From the human T2T-CHM13v2.0 reference genome, Homo sapiens, in the NCBI RefSeq assembly GCF_009914755.1, contig NC_060939.1: 64,000 nt of DNA; one strand, written 5' to 3'. The number at the start of each line of letters is the position of its first letter. Position 1 is the stretch's first letter. Shown piece after piece: positions 40,020 to 54,828 of the stretch. The notes below the pieces were generated by a model. That model saw nothing but the letters and a program-made list of their open reading frames with translations, was not told where the DNA came from and searched no databases. The position numbers and the translations under genes are program-made.

Positions 40020-40350
40020 AGACATTAAGTCATGGAAGAAAAACATCTAGGCATTTGAAATTATTCAGTAGCCACTAGGGAACCATTGATGGTTGTAGAG
40101 GAAAGATACAGGATAACACTGTCTTTTAGAAAGATTTATTGGACAGAGCTATGTAGGGTGGCCTAGAAGACGGAAAGCAACATGCATATAGGAAGACTAA
40201 GTGGGAGCCTCACTGCATGGTAGATCAGACGTGTCAACAGAGCCCTGCCTGAGGGCAATAGGAGAAGAATTTAATGGATGGAAGTTAGCTTTGAAAGAAA
40301 AATCTATAAATCTGGCTGAGAAATTAGCCCACATGAGATGAGAAAATTGC
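40020..40350 (-). mobile_element. L2 fragment
   Basis: GGGAACCATTGATGGTT...TTTTAGAAAGAT...GTGTCAACAGAGCCCTGCCTGAGGG. Confidence 0.6.
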
Positions 40351-40599
40351 TTGGTGTTTAACTTTTTATTTCCTCCATTTGTGTTTAGGTTCATACACAT
40401 GCACATGTGTGGGTGACTGTGTATATATGTATGTGTGTGTTGTATCATTTTCTGCATATATCACGCTATATCTAGGAAAAGTACTAATTCTAATAACGTT
40501 ATGTTAAATTGTTTGTATTTTACACACATGTTTAAAACAATCCAACCATATATGAATTCTAATGTATTTTTTGGAGAGAATTAAAAACACACCTTTTTT

Positions 40600-41520
40600 G
40601 GTGTGAAATTTTGGAGACAGCTCTAGACTATGTGGAAAAGACTGAGTTTGCTGAAAGTTGAAGAATGTCTTCAGAGTGTGAGTGGTCTCTGCTCCGGGTG
40701 ATTCCTGCCCCTCTTTCTTATGGGGGAGAGGTCATGCTTCTACTTTTCTTTGGCTAATTGGTAAGTGCTAGGAGAGCCATGTGGAAAATTTGACGTGTGT
40801 TCCTTGCTGGATGTGTGTGGCCGTGGAGGTGGAGACAGATGTTTGACTCTCAGCTGGAAATTGTAGTGGGTAGAGGTGTCTTTGGGTAGCTTTGGAGGTA
40901 AGAGGCAGTGCTGCATGGGGAGCAATCTGTACTCCAGAGTTGGCTGGGCCAATGAACCTGTTTCTCAGGGACTTGCTGTGTCCTAATAAGAAGCAAGACT
41001 GCATCCTGTGGAGAGAGATCCATCTAAGAGGGCAACCCCAAGGGCCTTAGATATGCAAACAAGACTGAGGGTGTCTTAAGTGGCCATCAGGAGAGACTCT
41101 GTTCATGTCAGGGGAACCACAGAATAGAGGCCCTGAAAATAGTAGTTGTCTAGAGATCCCTCCACTCCTATCCCAAGTGGTCCCATGTGAAAAAGATGCA
41201 GCATCTGGGTCCCACAACAGCCAGAAGCCTTTGGTATCAGAATTCAACAATTCTTGTCATAGAAGCCTTTCCTGGACTTCACCTCTTCTCCCTCATACCC
41301 CTGGAGGGGACCTGAACAGCAAGGAACATGTGGTTGAAAAGGTGGCTCAAGGAAGAGAGGAATCTGACCCTGCCTCCCTTTCCTACATAAGGTCCCCTGC
41401 CCATGAATTTAGTTCTGAGCCAGAAGTTAGAATAGGTTAAAAATGGGCTGAGAACTTAGCTTTGATATGGCCCTAAGCTAGGTATTTTCTTACTCAAAAG
41501 TGATCAGGCAATTTTATTCA
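40600..41520. mobile_element. possible ancient LTR (MamGypLTR/LTR8x-like), family uncertain
   Basis: ~900-bp block richer in G and purines, with the texture of old mammalian LTRs. No TSD was identified. Confidence 0.3.
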
Positions 41521-41860
41521 CTGAGAAGGGACAACTAGAAAAGCTTTGGGTTCAGCTCAGGATTTCAAGCAGGATGGGGAGGTTTGGGATCTCAGGGTGG
41601 CTGTGCTAGGGCAAGTGAGAGAAAGGATCAGTTGCTTCTTGCTTATAACCACTAAGTCCAGCCCTCTAGACACTGGAAAAGTGCATTTCCTGCCTTCTAT
41701 TAGAATAACTTCAACAATGTTCCTGGCATGGTCTAACTCGAAAAGAGACCAGGTAGTAAGGATTTTATAAGGTCTCCAATTTTAAATTCCTCACCCCATG
41801 TCATCTCCACCCAGTGCCATGCTGAATTCATACTGGAGTCTGAAGCCAAGGAACTATCAG

Positions 41861-42569
<709 letters not shown>

Positions 42570-43094
42570 TTATTATTTTGATTTTTTAAAAATAGTTTTA
42601 AAATATTAATGATTTTGATTGTTGACCTTCTTTGGTGTCTTAAATGTTGTGCCCAAGATAGTCCCAGCACTGTCTCCCCTCCACCTCCTCCAGTTCAACA
42701 CAATTAACATACATCCAGTCTCTAGGGAAAGGGGAATATGGAAAACCCTTAGAATGAGGGACAGGTTTCTACACAACCTTCTGCTCTGTAGCCAGAAGTC
42801 TCATACCCAAAAAGGGCAATTGTGAGACTCCTTGGGATCCCAGACCAAACTACTGAAATCTTAAGGTTATGTATTTGCTAAAGGGAAGCATATATTCTTC
42901 ACCTTTCCCATCTAGACCACTGTCTATAGAGAACTGAAACTGCCCTTAAGGACTTTAGGCAAGCTTATTTAATGGAAGTTTTCATAGATGACTATTATGC
43001 ACACATTCAGTCATTGAAAGCCAATGTGTCATGAAGATGTTCTCTCTCAGAAACTTGGAAAGATTTTTTTTTTTGGTCATCTACTGGTATAAAT

Positions 43095-43260
43095 CAGTGG
43101 TTAAGACAGTGGCTCAGTTAGCAGAGACGCTTTGATCTCTAGTTCTGCTACCTCCTCATTGTGTAAATTTACTTCTCAGTCCAAACCTCAGTTTACCAAT
43201 GGCAAAATGACACGTTAGAGGATACATATAAAAGATGCAAGAGTCTGTTTAGCTTAGCAG
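43095..43260 (+). mobile_element. MIR
   Basis: CAGTGGTTAAGAC...TTCTGCTACCTC...CCTCAGTTT. Confidence 0.6.
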
Positions 43261-45011
43261 GGATGGAAAATACGGTTCAAGGGAAACAAGGTGAAGGATG
43301 AATTCATAAATGTAGATGAGGCCAGATTGTAAAGTACCCTTAGTTTCGTTGAGGTTCCAGTGAGAAAATCCACCCACAGCACTCAGATGTACCCAGAGGG
43401 TTCCTGCTGTTTTCATCATTAGACTTTTACATGATCAACAATCTTGCTAACACTGAATATGGGTGAGGGTCTCAGCATGGCAAAGGCTGTTCCTCCTTGT
43501 GTGTGGAAACCTTTATTTAGTCATTTTAGCTATTTGGCCTAAATTGTGAGGTTTGGCCTGAATATCATGTTGGGTCCTCAGCAACGCAGTCAGAGTAAAT
43601 AGGAGGACTTCAGGATTGGTGGGGTAAGGGGATACCCACCTGTCCTGAAAATACCAATGTATGCCTCCAGGTCTAGCAAAAGCAGCTGTGGTTCAAGTAG
43701 GCACCAGGGTTAAAATCAGACACCACCATAGATGTCCAAGCAGCAAAGAATCCTTAGCATCAGGCAGATAGGGCATGAGAGTAAGGCTGGGGGCAGGGGT
43801 GAAAGATAGGCTTTGATGATGCGTGCCAACACCAACTGAACTGGGGCAGCCATCAGGCAGTGTTTTAATAAGGCTCCTGAGGCCATGTCCAGCCCAATGG
43901 GGAAAAGGACCTGATTGCGGTGTGATGCCATCCCCATCCACCCACCACTTCCACAAATTTGAGATTTTCTAACGTGATAATCCAGACTATTTTTAGCAAG
44001 TCCCAGGAATGAACAAGAAGTATCCCACCTCCCCGGAACATGAGGCCATGCAGGGTTGCAGCAGAATTAGAGACACAGAAAGAAGTCTCTCTTCACTGTG
44101 TACCTCCCACACACACACACTTAGGGAAAGGAGTTTGCAAGACCTAAATCTATTGAGCCAAGCTGACTGGGCTTCTGCCCCGGTGGGTACATGAGTAAGA
44201 AGGAAATGAGCAGGAATCTTGAAACCATGTTGGCTTGAGCCTGACTCCAGTGGTGTAGGCTCTAACTCATGGGGCCCTCTGGGTGCACAGAGACCCCTTG
44301 ATCTGCATTCAAAGGACCAGTCCTCAACTGCATCTTCCAGAGGATCAGAGGCTGCATGGTAGAGTCTTCAGGGAGGAAGGCCTGGGTGGCAGGAGCAGGA
44401 TGAGTCTAGGAAATCAAGGTCCAGACCAATGAGCAGTGAAGCAAGAATGTTTTTGACCAGAATGACACATTTAAACTAAATGTTTATCCTGTGGACATGA
44501 GAGAGATGAGAACAGGGAGTCACAAATGGAAATGGGCTGTCAACTTTGCAAAACTCTCGATCAGGCTGGAAAATGCTTAAAATTTAGGCATAAATCACTG
44601 GTGAAGACATGTTCTTTGTTATTTTGTTAAATTATTTTAAGCAAAGGCTCTTCTATTTGGGCAACGTACTCCAATGTGTCAGGACAAGAAAACTCTTCTG
44701 TACTCTGACTTACTCTTTTTTCCTGCAATTTTCTCGTGTATATTCTTGCTGTGATCTTTGCAGAGATAAAGAATGGGCTATTATTTATATACAAAAATTG
44801 GTGGACTTTGTATATTATTTATACACATTGTATATTCATTTCCATCATTTATCTCTTCATCCATTAATTCAACAAATATTTATTTGAACTCTTGCTGTAG
44901 GGCAGGAACTCGACTGGATACATAAGATGGATGGTTTCTTTCATCAAATAACTTCCAAGGTAGCCAGTGTGGTAACACCAGACAAACCAATAGTTATGAA
45001 ACAAGGTTACG

Positions 45012-45502
45012 TAGTAGTTACCCCCTTATCTGAAGTTTTGCTTTCTGAGGCTTCAGTCACCTGTGATCAACCATAATCCAAAAATATTAAATGGAAAATT
45101 CCAAAAATAAACATTTCATTGGTGTTAAATTTGCACCTTCTGAGTAGCATGATGAGATCTTTTGCCATCCCTCCTGGGACATGAATCATCCCATTGTCCA
45201 GCATAGCAACGCTGTCTGCACTCTCCACCCACAAGTCACTTAGTAGACCCCTCAGTTACCAGGTATTTGGTGAGAGAGAAAGACCACATTCACATACCTT
45301 TTATTACAGTGTGTATATTGTTCTAATTGTTCTATTTTATGATTAGTTATGATGTCTTAGTGTGCCTAATTTGTACATTACACTTTATCACAGGTACGTA
45401 TAGGGAAAAACGTAGTTTCTGTGGAGCATAGTACTATTCCTGGTGTCAGGCATCCACTGGGGGTCTTGGACCGTATTGCCCGAGGATAAGAGGGGACCAC
45501 TG
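45012..45502. mobile_element. MER44B-like TcMar-Tigger MITE inserted in an L2 fragment
   Basis: Terminal inverted repeats AGTAGTTACCCCCTTATC and GATAAGAGGGGACCACTG followed by TA. Internal CCAAAAATATTAAATGGAAAATTCCA and AGGCATCCACTGGGGGTCTTGGA. Confidence 0.88.
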
Positions 45503-46085
45503 TATGTACTTTAGTGAGTAAGATGCACTTAAGACTCTGGGGACCCTAGAAAGGAAGGATAAGTGTTCAGAAAGGACTGCACAAAAAATAGCAGTGTCCC
45601 AACAGGAAAGGAGATTAGTCCTGTAGAGAAAGCACACAAATGAAGATGGAGAGGCTGGGAAGAATCCGATGAGCTCAGCCTTCTAGACCCTTGCTTCTTG
45701 AAGTGTGATTCGGGACCAGCAATGCCAATTAGAAACTCAGCATCATCATCTCCACCCTCAAGAGTGGAATGGGGGCAGAGCTAGGAGGGAGGGGCAGGCT
45801 CCAAGAACCTTCACGTGCAATGATGCTATTTGGAAATTGCTGCCCATGAGCTTCAGGAGGGCAGTAACCCAGCTGACGGTTTCTCAGTATCTCCTCACAG
45901 TGTGTTGCACATGGGCACCCATTTATTTGTCCAATGAATGCAATGCTACATAACAGGATGACAAGAGCTTTATCAGTTGACCAGCCCTGGTTGCTTCACC
46001 TGACCTCTCAATCTCCTTTATAAAGGCAGGGTAGTAGTTTGTCTCTGAGTCAGAAAAAAAGAGACCTGAGTGGTTTTTGTTTATC

Positions 46086-46306
<221 letters not shown>

Positions 46307-49143
46307 ATTATTTACCTTTTACAATAGTTCAGGACTGTGACAGGAGATATGGGGGAAAATATACCTTCATCTTCCTATTTTGTTCCAGACTGATTGTCTG
46401 CCTGTTCTCCATAAACTTCTTCCCTCTCCCCACTCCCAGTCACCCAGATTGGGGAACTGACCTTTTGAATTCGATGGCAGTCATAGCAAGCCCCAGTCAT
46501 TGTTGGTAATATTTCTAAAGCTTCTGAAGGTCACCTAGGATTAAGATAGGTGCCGCATGCTGCTACTTTAATTATGAAAGACACGAGAAATAAAGGAAGC
46601 CCTTGGAAAGAAAAGAAGAAAATCCCTGCCACAGCCCAACAGGTGAATAGGCTTTTGCTGGAGCCTGGGGCTTGGGCTCGGGCTTCCCAGGGCCTGTGAT
46701 CAAAGAGGAGGCCTGGGCAGTGTGAGAAGCCATGTGGTTCCCATCTCCTTGACAGTGGGATTTTACTAACCCATTTCCCCCTTCTCCTTCCCCCTCCTCC
46801 AGAATAGAGAAGCGGCTGTCTGAAGAGGACAGAGATTTGAGATAAAGAGGCACATCTATTTCTTTCTTGTGGACAATATGCTTATGGATATGAAATCACA
46901 CCCGACTCTTGCTTAGAAAGCAGCAGCGATTTGCTCGACGGAGTGGCACGTGTTTACTCTCACTGATGCTGTTTGAGGTGATCCGTTTTCCTGGTAACAG
47001 ACAGAATGTGTTCCTTTCTGTGAATTCACAGAGGCTCCAACGCTGCAGTTCCTTGGGAGCAAACTCTGCTGTTAGGCACTATAATTTTTTGATTTTGCAG
47101 TTCACATGATGTCTCAGAAGAGGGATATGTCTTTTCTAACAACCATCATTTTTATACAAAATGGAAGGTATTCACATTATGTCTTCATCTTCTATATCTC
47201 GACTAGTAACAATATCAGGACTACTCCCTCCTGAGAACTATATTCATTTCTCATTAAAGATATTTCATGTTTTATTCAGGAATTTAAAAGAAGCTATCAG
47301 AGCCTGGAATGGCATCCGTTTGGTATAATTGTATCTCACTGATGCCAGCCCCAAGAGTTCTAATTAATATATATTTAGCTCCCTGACTGTCTTTAGACCA
47401 AACAGTTGAGCGTAGAAGACAGGAGGAAAAAAATACATTGAGATTGGAAAAGGAAAGTCTTTCTTAAAAGAGGAAATTTTTGTGCAATGCTCTGCTCCTA
47501 TGTCTATGTCAGAAATTACTTTCAGGCCACTGAGTGCCTTATGAAAAATGGAGTGGAAGATGATAATTATTTTTATTGATCACACATTCAAGTTATTAAT
47601 TTTTTAGTCTACTTTCTTTCTTTTATTTTTCACAAAAATGTTCATGCCCAGGGAATTATGTGCATTCACAATCCTCCTCTGGTTTGTTCTCCCCTCTCCT
47701 CCCTCTGCCCTTTTTCTCTCCGACCTCACACTATTAAAAAGCGATATTGTTCCTCTTTGCCAATGTGAAAATGACTGGAGCCATCTTGGGATTACTTGGC
47801 CTCCCTAAACCCATAATATGAAAAGAAGCTAATTGGGTACCAACCTCATTCCTTATGGGGTTTGCCATTCCCCCAATTCCCTCCAACCACATCCCCATTC
47901 TCACTTGCAGGAAATGAGTTTGGGGACATTTCTTGTGCTGGTCTAACATTGCAATTCATAGCACTTGTGTTCACTTAGAAGCTTCAATTCACTCCCGTTC
48001 CTGGGATGCTGTGGGATTGTGGTTTATAAATCACTCCTGTGGTGCACTGTATGTAGAGATCAAGACCCCTGTAAGCTCCAGTCATATTGAATTGTACCAG
48101 GCAACGGAGCGTCCTTAAGAGTTTACAGTAAGAAAAAACAAAGGCCTTATAAATAGGACAATCCAACAGACATTTACTGCATTTACAAGGCACTACTGAG
48201 AAAAGCAAAGATGCTATTTTCTTTTGTTCCAAATGTTGGTCTCATTCATTGACTGTTGAGGTTAGTTTTTCAATACGACATAAATTGGGGTTTAGAAATA
48301 GCCTATACTCAAATTGAATTGTTATTTAAACAACTGTTAGAGGTTATTTAGTGGTTTACTAGCCTGTCATTAACATACCATGAATCAGGTTCACACTACA
48401 AAGATTTGTGCTCCTCACTGAACCTCCATCATGACAAAGTCATTGCTACTTCTTCTCATTGGTATGAGAGAGGTGGGTGGCCCTTCCATTTGCTGGATGT
48501 GTAACGTGGATGAAGTCAGCAACCTGGTCTCCATGCGCAAGCTACCTTATGTGCAAAAAAGAAATATGTTTATTTCATCGGAGTGTATTAGACTCAATAT
48601 TATAATGACAAAAAGACCAGTTTAGTGTTTTAAGTGCTGACCATGCCTAGGCACTGTGCTCAGTGCTAAACATCCAATTTCACATTCAGTAACAAAGATA
48701 CATTATAAATTGGTGTTGAATAACAATTTAAAAAATCTGTATTTATCCAGGTTCATTTTATTTCTCCTGAAAGTCAGACTGGGTGTTTTGTGGGAATGAG
48801 GACTTTGAAAAGATTTCTATTGGAAGGTGGACTCAGGCTATTTCCCTCTCAGTCCAACAGCGCATCTTTCTGAGTGGAAGCAATCCTCCCAAAGCGGGGA
48901 TTGAAGAGTGCACGAGAGTGCTCAAGCACTCATGCTCAGTTGATTTCCAGATACATTAGCCCACAGCCTTATTGACCATCACATCCATTTGACCAGACTC
49001 TGAGGGTTTTTTTATTATCTGAAACGCCTCACTGCATGGGCATGATGACAGGTATGTCAAGAGGAGAACAATAACCAGAAACAGATGCATGGAATATTCA
49101 CTAATATGTCAGCAACTATGATGCATTTCGGCAGCGTCCATCC

Positions 49144-49182
49144 TCACACACACACACACACAATGAAAAAAAAAAAAAAAAA
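49144..49182. repeat. (CA)n plus A17
   Basis: Short CA run followed by an A run. Confidence 0.85.
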
Positions 49183-50664
49183 GGAAAAGAGAACATTTAT
49201 TTTCATGAGGCCAATTTCCATGCCAAACTGAGCATCTGTCTGGCTTTTGTGTTTGGTATAAACAGGACTCACACACACTCAAAAATAATGTCAAAAGTTC
49301 AAAGGGTGGAGAGTTGAGAATTCTCACATGGGCAAATAAATGAGGTCTGCGGATTGGCTGGCCTTCACTCAGCTTTACATGAAGTGTCTCCTTGGGACCG
49401 GGGTGATGTGTGGCTTTGATTCTCTGCCCTTGTTCTTCCATAACCTGGTTTGGAATGTAGCCCAGTCCTAAGAGATTGGGGGTCACTCTGGCTTGATAGT
49501 GTAAGGTCAGAAAATGGAATGAAGCTTGGATATCTCAATTGAGATTTGAGTGTATAAAAGTATAAATCAAAAAAGCAAAATCCTTGAAGGGACACCTTGC
49601 AGCTGTTGCTACAAATGAAAGGTTTCAAAATAAGTAGATACAAGAATGCCCAGACCAGTGCAACTAATAATTCCCCTCTAGTCCTACTTGAAGAATATAC
49701 GAGTACAACTGAACATTGAAAAATAAAGAATATACATTATTCCAAGCAAGGATGCAAGCCTGAATCCTTTAATAAATGTTGTGTTATTTCAGGGGAAATA
49801 GAGTATTAAAAAAAAATCCTTTACCTGCTTTTCTGCAGAATGTAAATTAGAAATTGTATCCAGTGACCAAAGTTAACCTTAGAATTTATAGGATTATTTG
49901 TTCTTTGTTTTAGAAAAATCTGGATAATCTCAAAGTTGCGTCATTCATTCAAAAAAAAGATGGGGAGAACCAGATTTTGTCCGCCTTTACTCCTAAATGC
50001 CACTGTCTCATTTGGCTGTAGGATATTCATGATGTTATGTTTATTTAAACAGACATATCTCTAGTTTATGGGCACATTCCAGAATAGAACTGCATGTTGC
50101 TTGGAGTGCAGTTCTTATGGGCAAACACCTGATCCCCTTTAATAAAAGATAAAAGGGAAATCGTTCCCTTGCCATTCAAAGACCTTACTGTGCTGTGCTC
50201 GTAGACACAACCTTATTGCTTGACCTTTCTTAACCAGTACAAGCATCCCATGTACTGAACTCCAGGTACAGTGATTAAAAATGACTCTTCTAGATGCCAC
50301 TGAGAATCTACTGTAGCAGAACTTGTTTGAATCCAGGACTGTTCTAGGATTATGATTATAAAGCAAGTCTTAGGTGTTGCAGAGTTATATGTGGTGGGTG
50401 ATTAGAATTGCTGTTAAATTATGTCACAGCTTATTCTCTAAATACTAGAATATTTTTAGTTTTTTATATTTCTAAAATATTTTCAAGGCAAAATTTTCTA
50501 ATAATTATTTAAAACTATGATTTTCCACCATTGTCAAAAAAGATTATTTGATTTTCAAAACAATCACCCTTAATATGTTTCATTTTCAGGTTATTTTTCC
50601 TTGTTTAGAAGAAGACGATGAATCATAATTATGCAATTGAGTTTGTGCACTTAGCAGCTAAATG

Positions 50665-50968
50665 AATATTTTCCAAACTGTTTTCTGTGGAACACAGAGC
50701 TGAAAGAATGTTAGTAAATTTTAGGAAAATAAAGACACCCTGTGTCAAATAAGTTAAAGAAATGCTGAATTAAACATAATCAAAGAGTCGTATTAATGGT
50801 AGAGCTTCCCAAAACATTTAATATGCAAAGTAGCATGTGATTTTTCACTGGAGGATGAACTTTATGCTGTCTTTCCTTTCCTTTTTTTTTTTTTTCCCAA
50901 GTCATAGCCCTATTTTTCTGAGATCATCTCTACTTATCTAAAGCTCCAAAATCTTTAGGAAATACTGC
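50665..50968. mobile_element. hAT-Charlie-type MITE (MER112/113-like, family uncertain)
   Basis: TTTCCAAACTGTTTTCTGTGGAACAC...GTCAAATAAGTTAAAGAAATGCTG...TTTAATATGC...TTTAGGAAATACTG (TIR-like ends). Confidence 0.6.
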
Positions 50969-51689
50969 GCTAGGAGCGATGGCTCACATCTTAGGCTACT
51001 TGGAGAAGAAAAATGTTTATTTTTTACATAGCTAATGTCAAGAGCAAGTGACATTGGAGTTTAAATTAGATTAAGTGGCCTATGATGCTACTTAATTCAA
51101 ACTGAGAGTTTAAAAAAATCTCACAAACTGTTATGTACTTGAAATGGAAAAGAATAAGCAAAAAAAGAGAAGGCTTTAAAACATGTTCAGTAACCTCTTC
51201 AGCAGACACCCGCATGAAACTTCATTAATCATTTAAAATGTGACAAGGCAAAGAAAATCTGATTGAATGACTGTCCAAATAATTATAGTTTATTCCTCCA
51301 CTTTTTCTCATTGAAATCACATTGTCGTTTGAGTGGTCATCTTGACACGACTAATTATTGCTATTCAAGAAAAAGGAAAAAAGAGTCTCAAAATGTAGTT
51401 TCACCAATTCTTGCCATCGTAAGCAATCATGGGAAAAAGGGAGATTGTGGAGAATGAAAATTTGAATATTCCCTTCTCTACCCCTCCCTCTCTGTCTCTT
51501 CTACATGCGTTTCCCAGGACCTCTCTTGTCTCTCCACCCTCTCATCTGTGAGCTCTCCTGCCACCCTTCATCGGTCACTGGCCCATCGTTTTAGTCTTTT
51601 GCCTCATCAAGGAGAACCCGCGATCTGTTTTGCCCACGTAGGTAAAATGCGTTGAGAAATGTGCCTTGAGCTGTGGCAAAGGCTCGCGA

Positions 51690-51800
51690 GTGGTAAGGGG
51701 ATACGGGTCTTGCCCAGCTCTGCCATTCAGGCCTGGGACCTTGAACAGGCACTCAGTCTCCCTTGGCTCCATTTCTTCCTCCATAACATGCTTCTGTTGA
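51690..51800 (+). mobile_element. MIR fragment
   Basis: CCCAGCTCTGCCATTCAGGCCTGGGACCTTGAACAGGCACT...CATTTCTTC. Confidence 0.65.
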
Positions 51801-54281
51801 GCCAGATGACATCTCCAGTCCCTCTGAGCCCTAAGGGCACATGGTCCTATGTCTTTTTGAGTTTTCATTCCCAGTCTCCCACAGGAAACAACACAGCGAA
51901 GTCGACAACCTTGAGGTAACTTATTAGTTAACTGTGACTGCCCTACCCTTAGAAGAAATGGCACTTCATCAAAGAGGGGAATAGAGTCAACTCCTGTGGA
52001 AAATGTTCTGAATGGTGTGCTCATGAATTTCGATCTTTGACTGGAAGCCAATATGAGTGAACAGCTTCAGGACAAGCCTCTTACATTAATCACCTCATGA
52101 CTTTAACTGAGAAATTGATGAATTGAATTGAATGTATACCTGGGTTCCCGGGCAGCAAAGGTGCTGATGGAACTGGTCTTCTCACCATTTTCTTTGAAAG
52201 AGAAAGGAAATTGCACATGGTCCATGCTCACATCCAGGAGACAAGTATTACATTGCTCCTGAAATGGAACCATTCCTCTCTGATCATTGCTTTTCTCCAT
52301 GGTTATTTCTTAAACATAACTTTGTTTATATGTAACCCCAAATCAAAGAAAACTAAAACACCTCATGGAAAACAAAATTGCCTAAGTATAACACAAGAAC
52401 AATTTGCTTTTCACTGCATGCAGGGTTGCTTCTCTGCCCTGGCTGGTTGTGAGATACTTCCAGGGAACATGTTTCAGGGTATGAGAATGAGGCCAGTGGC
52501 TGCTGATGTTAAAAGGACATGGCATCTGCACTAGGTTGGAGAGGGGGCTGGTTGCACAAATTAAAGTCAAACACATCACAGTCTGATCAGCAGACATGGG
52601 CTTGAGTGTGTTGTCTAGGTTTTTTCTTTTCTTTCCTTTTCTTTTTTACTACCTCCCAGTAACAGTGAGGCAATTAAAAAAAAAAAAAAAGACAACTCCA
52701 TTTGTCTCCTATCATCATTTCTTCTCACCTTCCCTCATCTTGGTTCCTCACTCTATTTATCTGGGAACACAAATTACAATTGAATATGGGAGAAAATTTA
52801 AATATAGGTAGCTATTTAATCTGTCTTTGACTCATTCTGGATAACAGAAATTTTCACCCAAATGGAGCTGGAGAATATAAACCCACTGAGGAAAAAAAAA
52901 AAAGGCAAGTGTATCGCGTTTGGAACAAAATTAGGTCTCTTACTGCCAAAAATCAGAAAAATATGTTGGGTTTTTTAAAAGACAGATTTAGAATTTGATA
53001 CAGACACCATTTCGTGTGCTGGAGGATTCCTCTCAATGGGTGAGTTCACCCATGAAGAGCTTTAATTACTTGATATTTTAAAAGAGTTCCCTATTATACA
53101 AGAGAGAGAGGAGAGACATTTGTGTGGGAGAAGCCTAAAGCTGTTTGTAGGAGGCAGAGAGTTTAAAAGGTAACATCTTTAATGAACAAATTTTCATTCC
53201 CACAGTAAGAAGCTGTTTTTGAAATCTTCCATGGCCTGCTACCAGGGCAGGGGGAATAGCTCCATGAGAAAGCAGGGTTGTGAGTCAAGCTTACACAACC
53301 AGTAACCACTTGTTTAAACCAAGCCAAATGACAAACCCCATCAAATTCTGTTTTCGTGGTTTTATTATTATTTTCTCACATTAATTTGTCCTAGAGAACA
53401 CCGTGCGAAGGTCTCACAGCCCTGGTACAAGGAGGAGCTACCACAAAAACTCAGAGGGGCTGAAGTGGCTTCCTGCTCTCCTTCCGGCCTGACACTTCCT
53501 TTGTTCCTATAATCTCAAAACAGCTGTTTCCTCTGGAACCACAAACCCCAGCTGGCGGCCTCTCTACCTCCTGGATCCTGCTGCACATAATGTACATCAA
53601 ATCTGAATGTTGATATGAAATCTTCTTCTTTTTCCCATCCTCCTCCCTCCCAAGCTCCCCGCCGCCCTCCTCTCATCCTGTATTTATGTTGGCCTTCACT
53701 GGGAAGGGGAGGGGAGGAACAGTTAGAAAAAAAGTGATACAAGCATTTCAGATCTTCCAAATGGCAAAGCGAATTATCGAAAATATTTAGAATCTCAGGT
53801 ATCTCAGGTTGGGAAACATGTTTCCAGAAACCTCCTTTGTGAGACAGAAATTGACAGTCAGCCTTACTTTTTGTTTGCTTGTAAAAATCAGTACCTTTTA
53901 ATAAACAATATATTAGTTATCTGTAGCAGAAACTGGGCTCTAATTTCACATAGGAGATGCAATGAGCTGTGCATGGTAGTTTTCCCTTGAAAACCATACG
54001 ATTTTACTAATCGATGTCTTCATTGAAACTTTTGGGTAAAAAAATAAGGAAAAGGCTAGGTTCCACTCAGGAAAAGGTACTAACAAGTTTGGAAGAAACG
54101 ATACAGAGAAGAAAATAATTGGAGAAAATGCAAGGCTGTATTTGAATCACTGCAAAACGATGGCTTGTTTATCATAGTCCTTAATGTGTTGATGGAATGA
54201 GGGGTAAGAAAAAGTCAAAGGGCCTGTGTATTAGGGAATAGAAGGTGGGGGAATGAGGCAATGAAGGCCCATGGGTGGAGG

Positions 54282-54828
54282 TATACTAGGGTTCTTCAGA
54301 GGAACAGAACGAATACGAGATAGATAAGTAAATAGAAAGACAGATAGGAAGAGATTTACTACAGGAATTGGTTCGCATGGTTATGGGGGTCGAGAAGTCC
54401 CATGATCTGCCATTTGTAAGATGGAGAACCAGGAAAGTTGGTGGTAAAATTCAGTCCAATTCCAAAGGAAAGTTGGTGGTATAATTCAAAGTCCCCCGTG
54501 AGAATCAGGGGGCAGATAGTGTAATTTGTGGTCTGAATCTGAAAGCTGGCAAACTGTAAATGCTGATATCTGAGGGTATAAAAAGATGGATGTTCCAGCT
54601 CAAGCAAAAGGCTCAAATTTGTCTGTCTTCTGCCTTTTTGTTCTATTCAGTCCCTCAAAGGTTTGGAGAAGTCTCATCCATGTGGGGGAGGGTCATCTCC
54701 TTACTCAGTTTGCCAATTCGAATCCTGATTTCTCTCAAAAACACTCTTACAGACACACCCAGAAAAAATGTTTTACCAGCTGTCTGGGCATTCCTTCACC
54801 AGGTCGACACATAAAATAAACCATCACG
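54282..54828 (-). mobile_element. MLT2B-like ERV-L solo LTR
   Basis: AGGGTTCTTCAGAGGAACAGAAC...GAGAAGTCCCATGATCTGCC...ACAGACACACCCAGAAA...GACACATAAAATAAACCATCAC. TSD GGAGG at 54277-54281 and 54829-54833. Confidence 0.92.

Noticed and set aside
47017-47032. Perfect 16-bp palindrome TCTGTGAATTCACAGA
   Set aside because: About one is expected by chance per 64 kb (64000/4^8).
50086-50115. Hairpin AGAACTGCA-N12-TGCAGTTCT
   Set aside because: 9-bp arms are expected by chance and are too short for a pre-miRNA.
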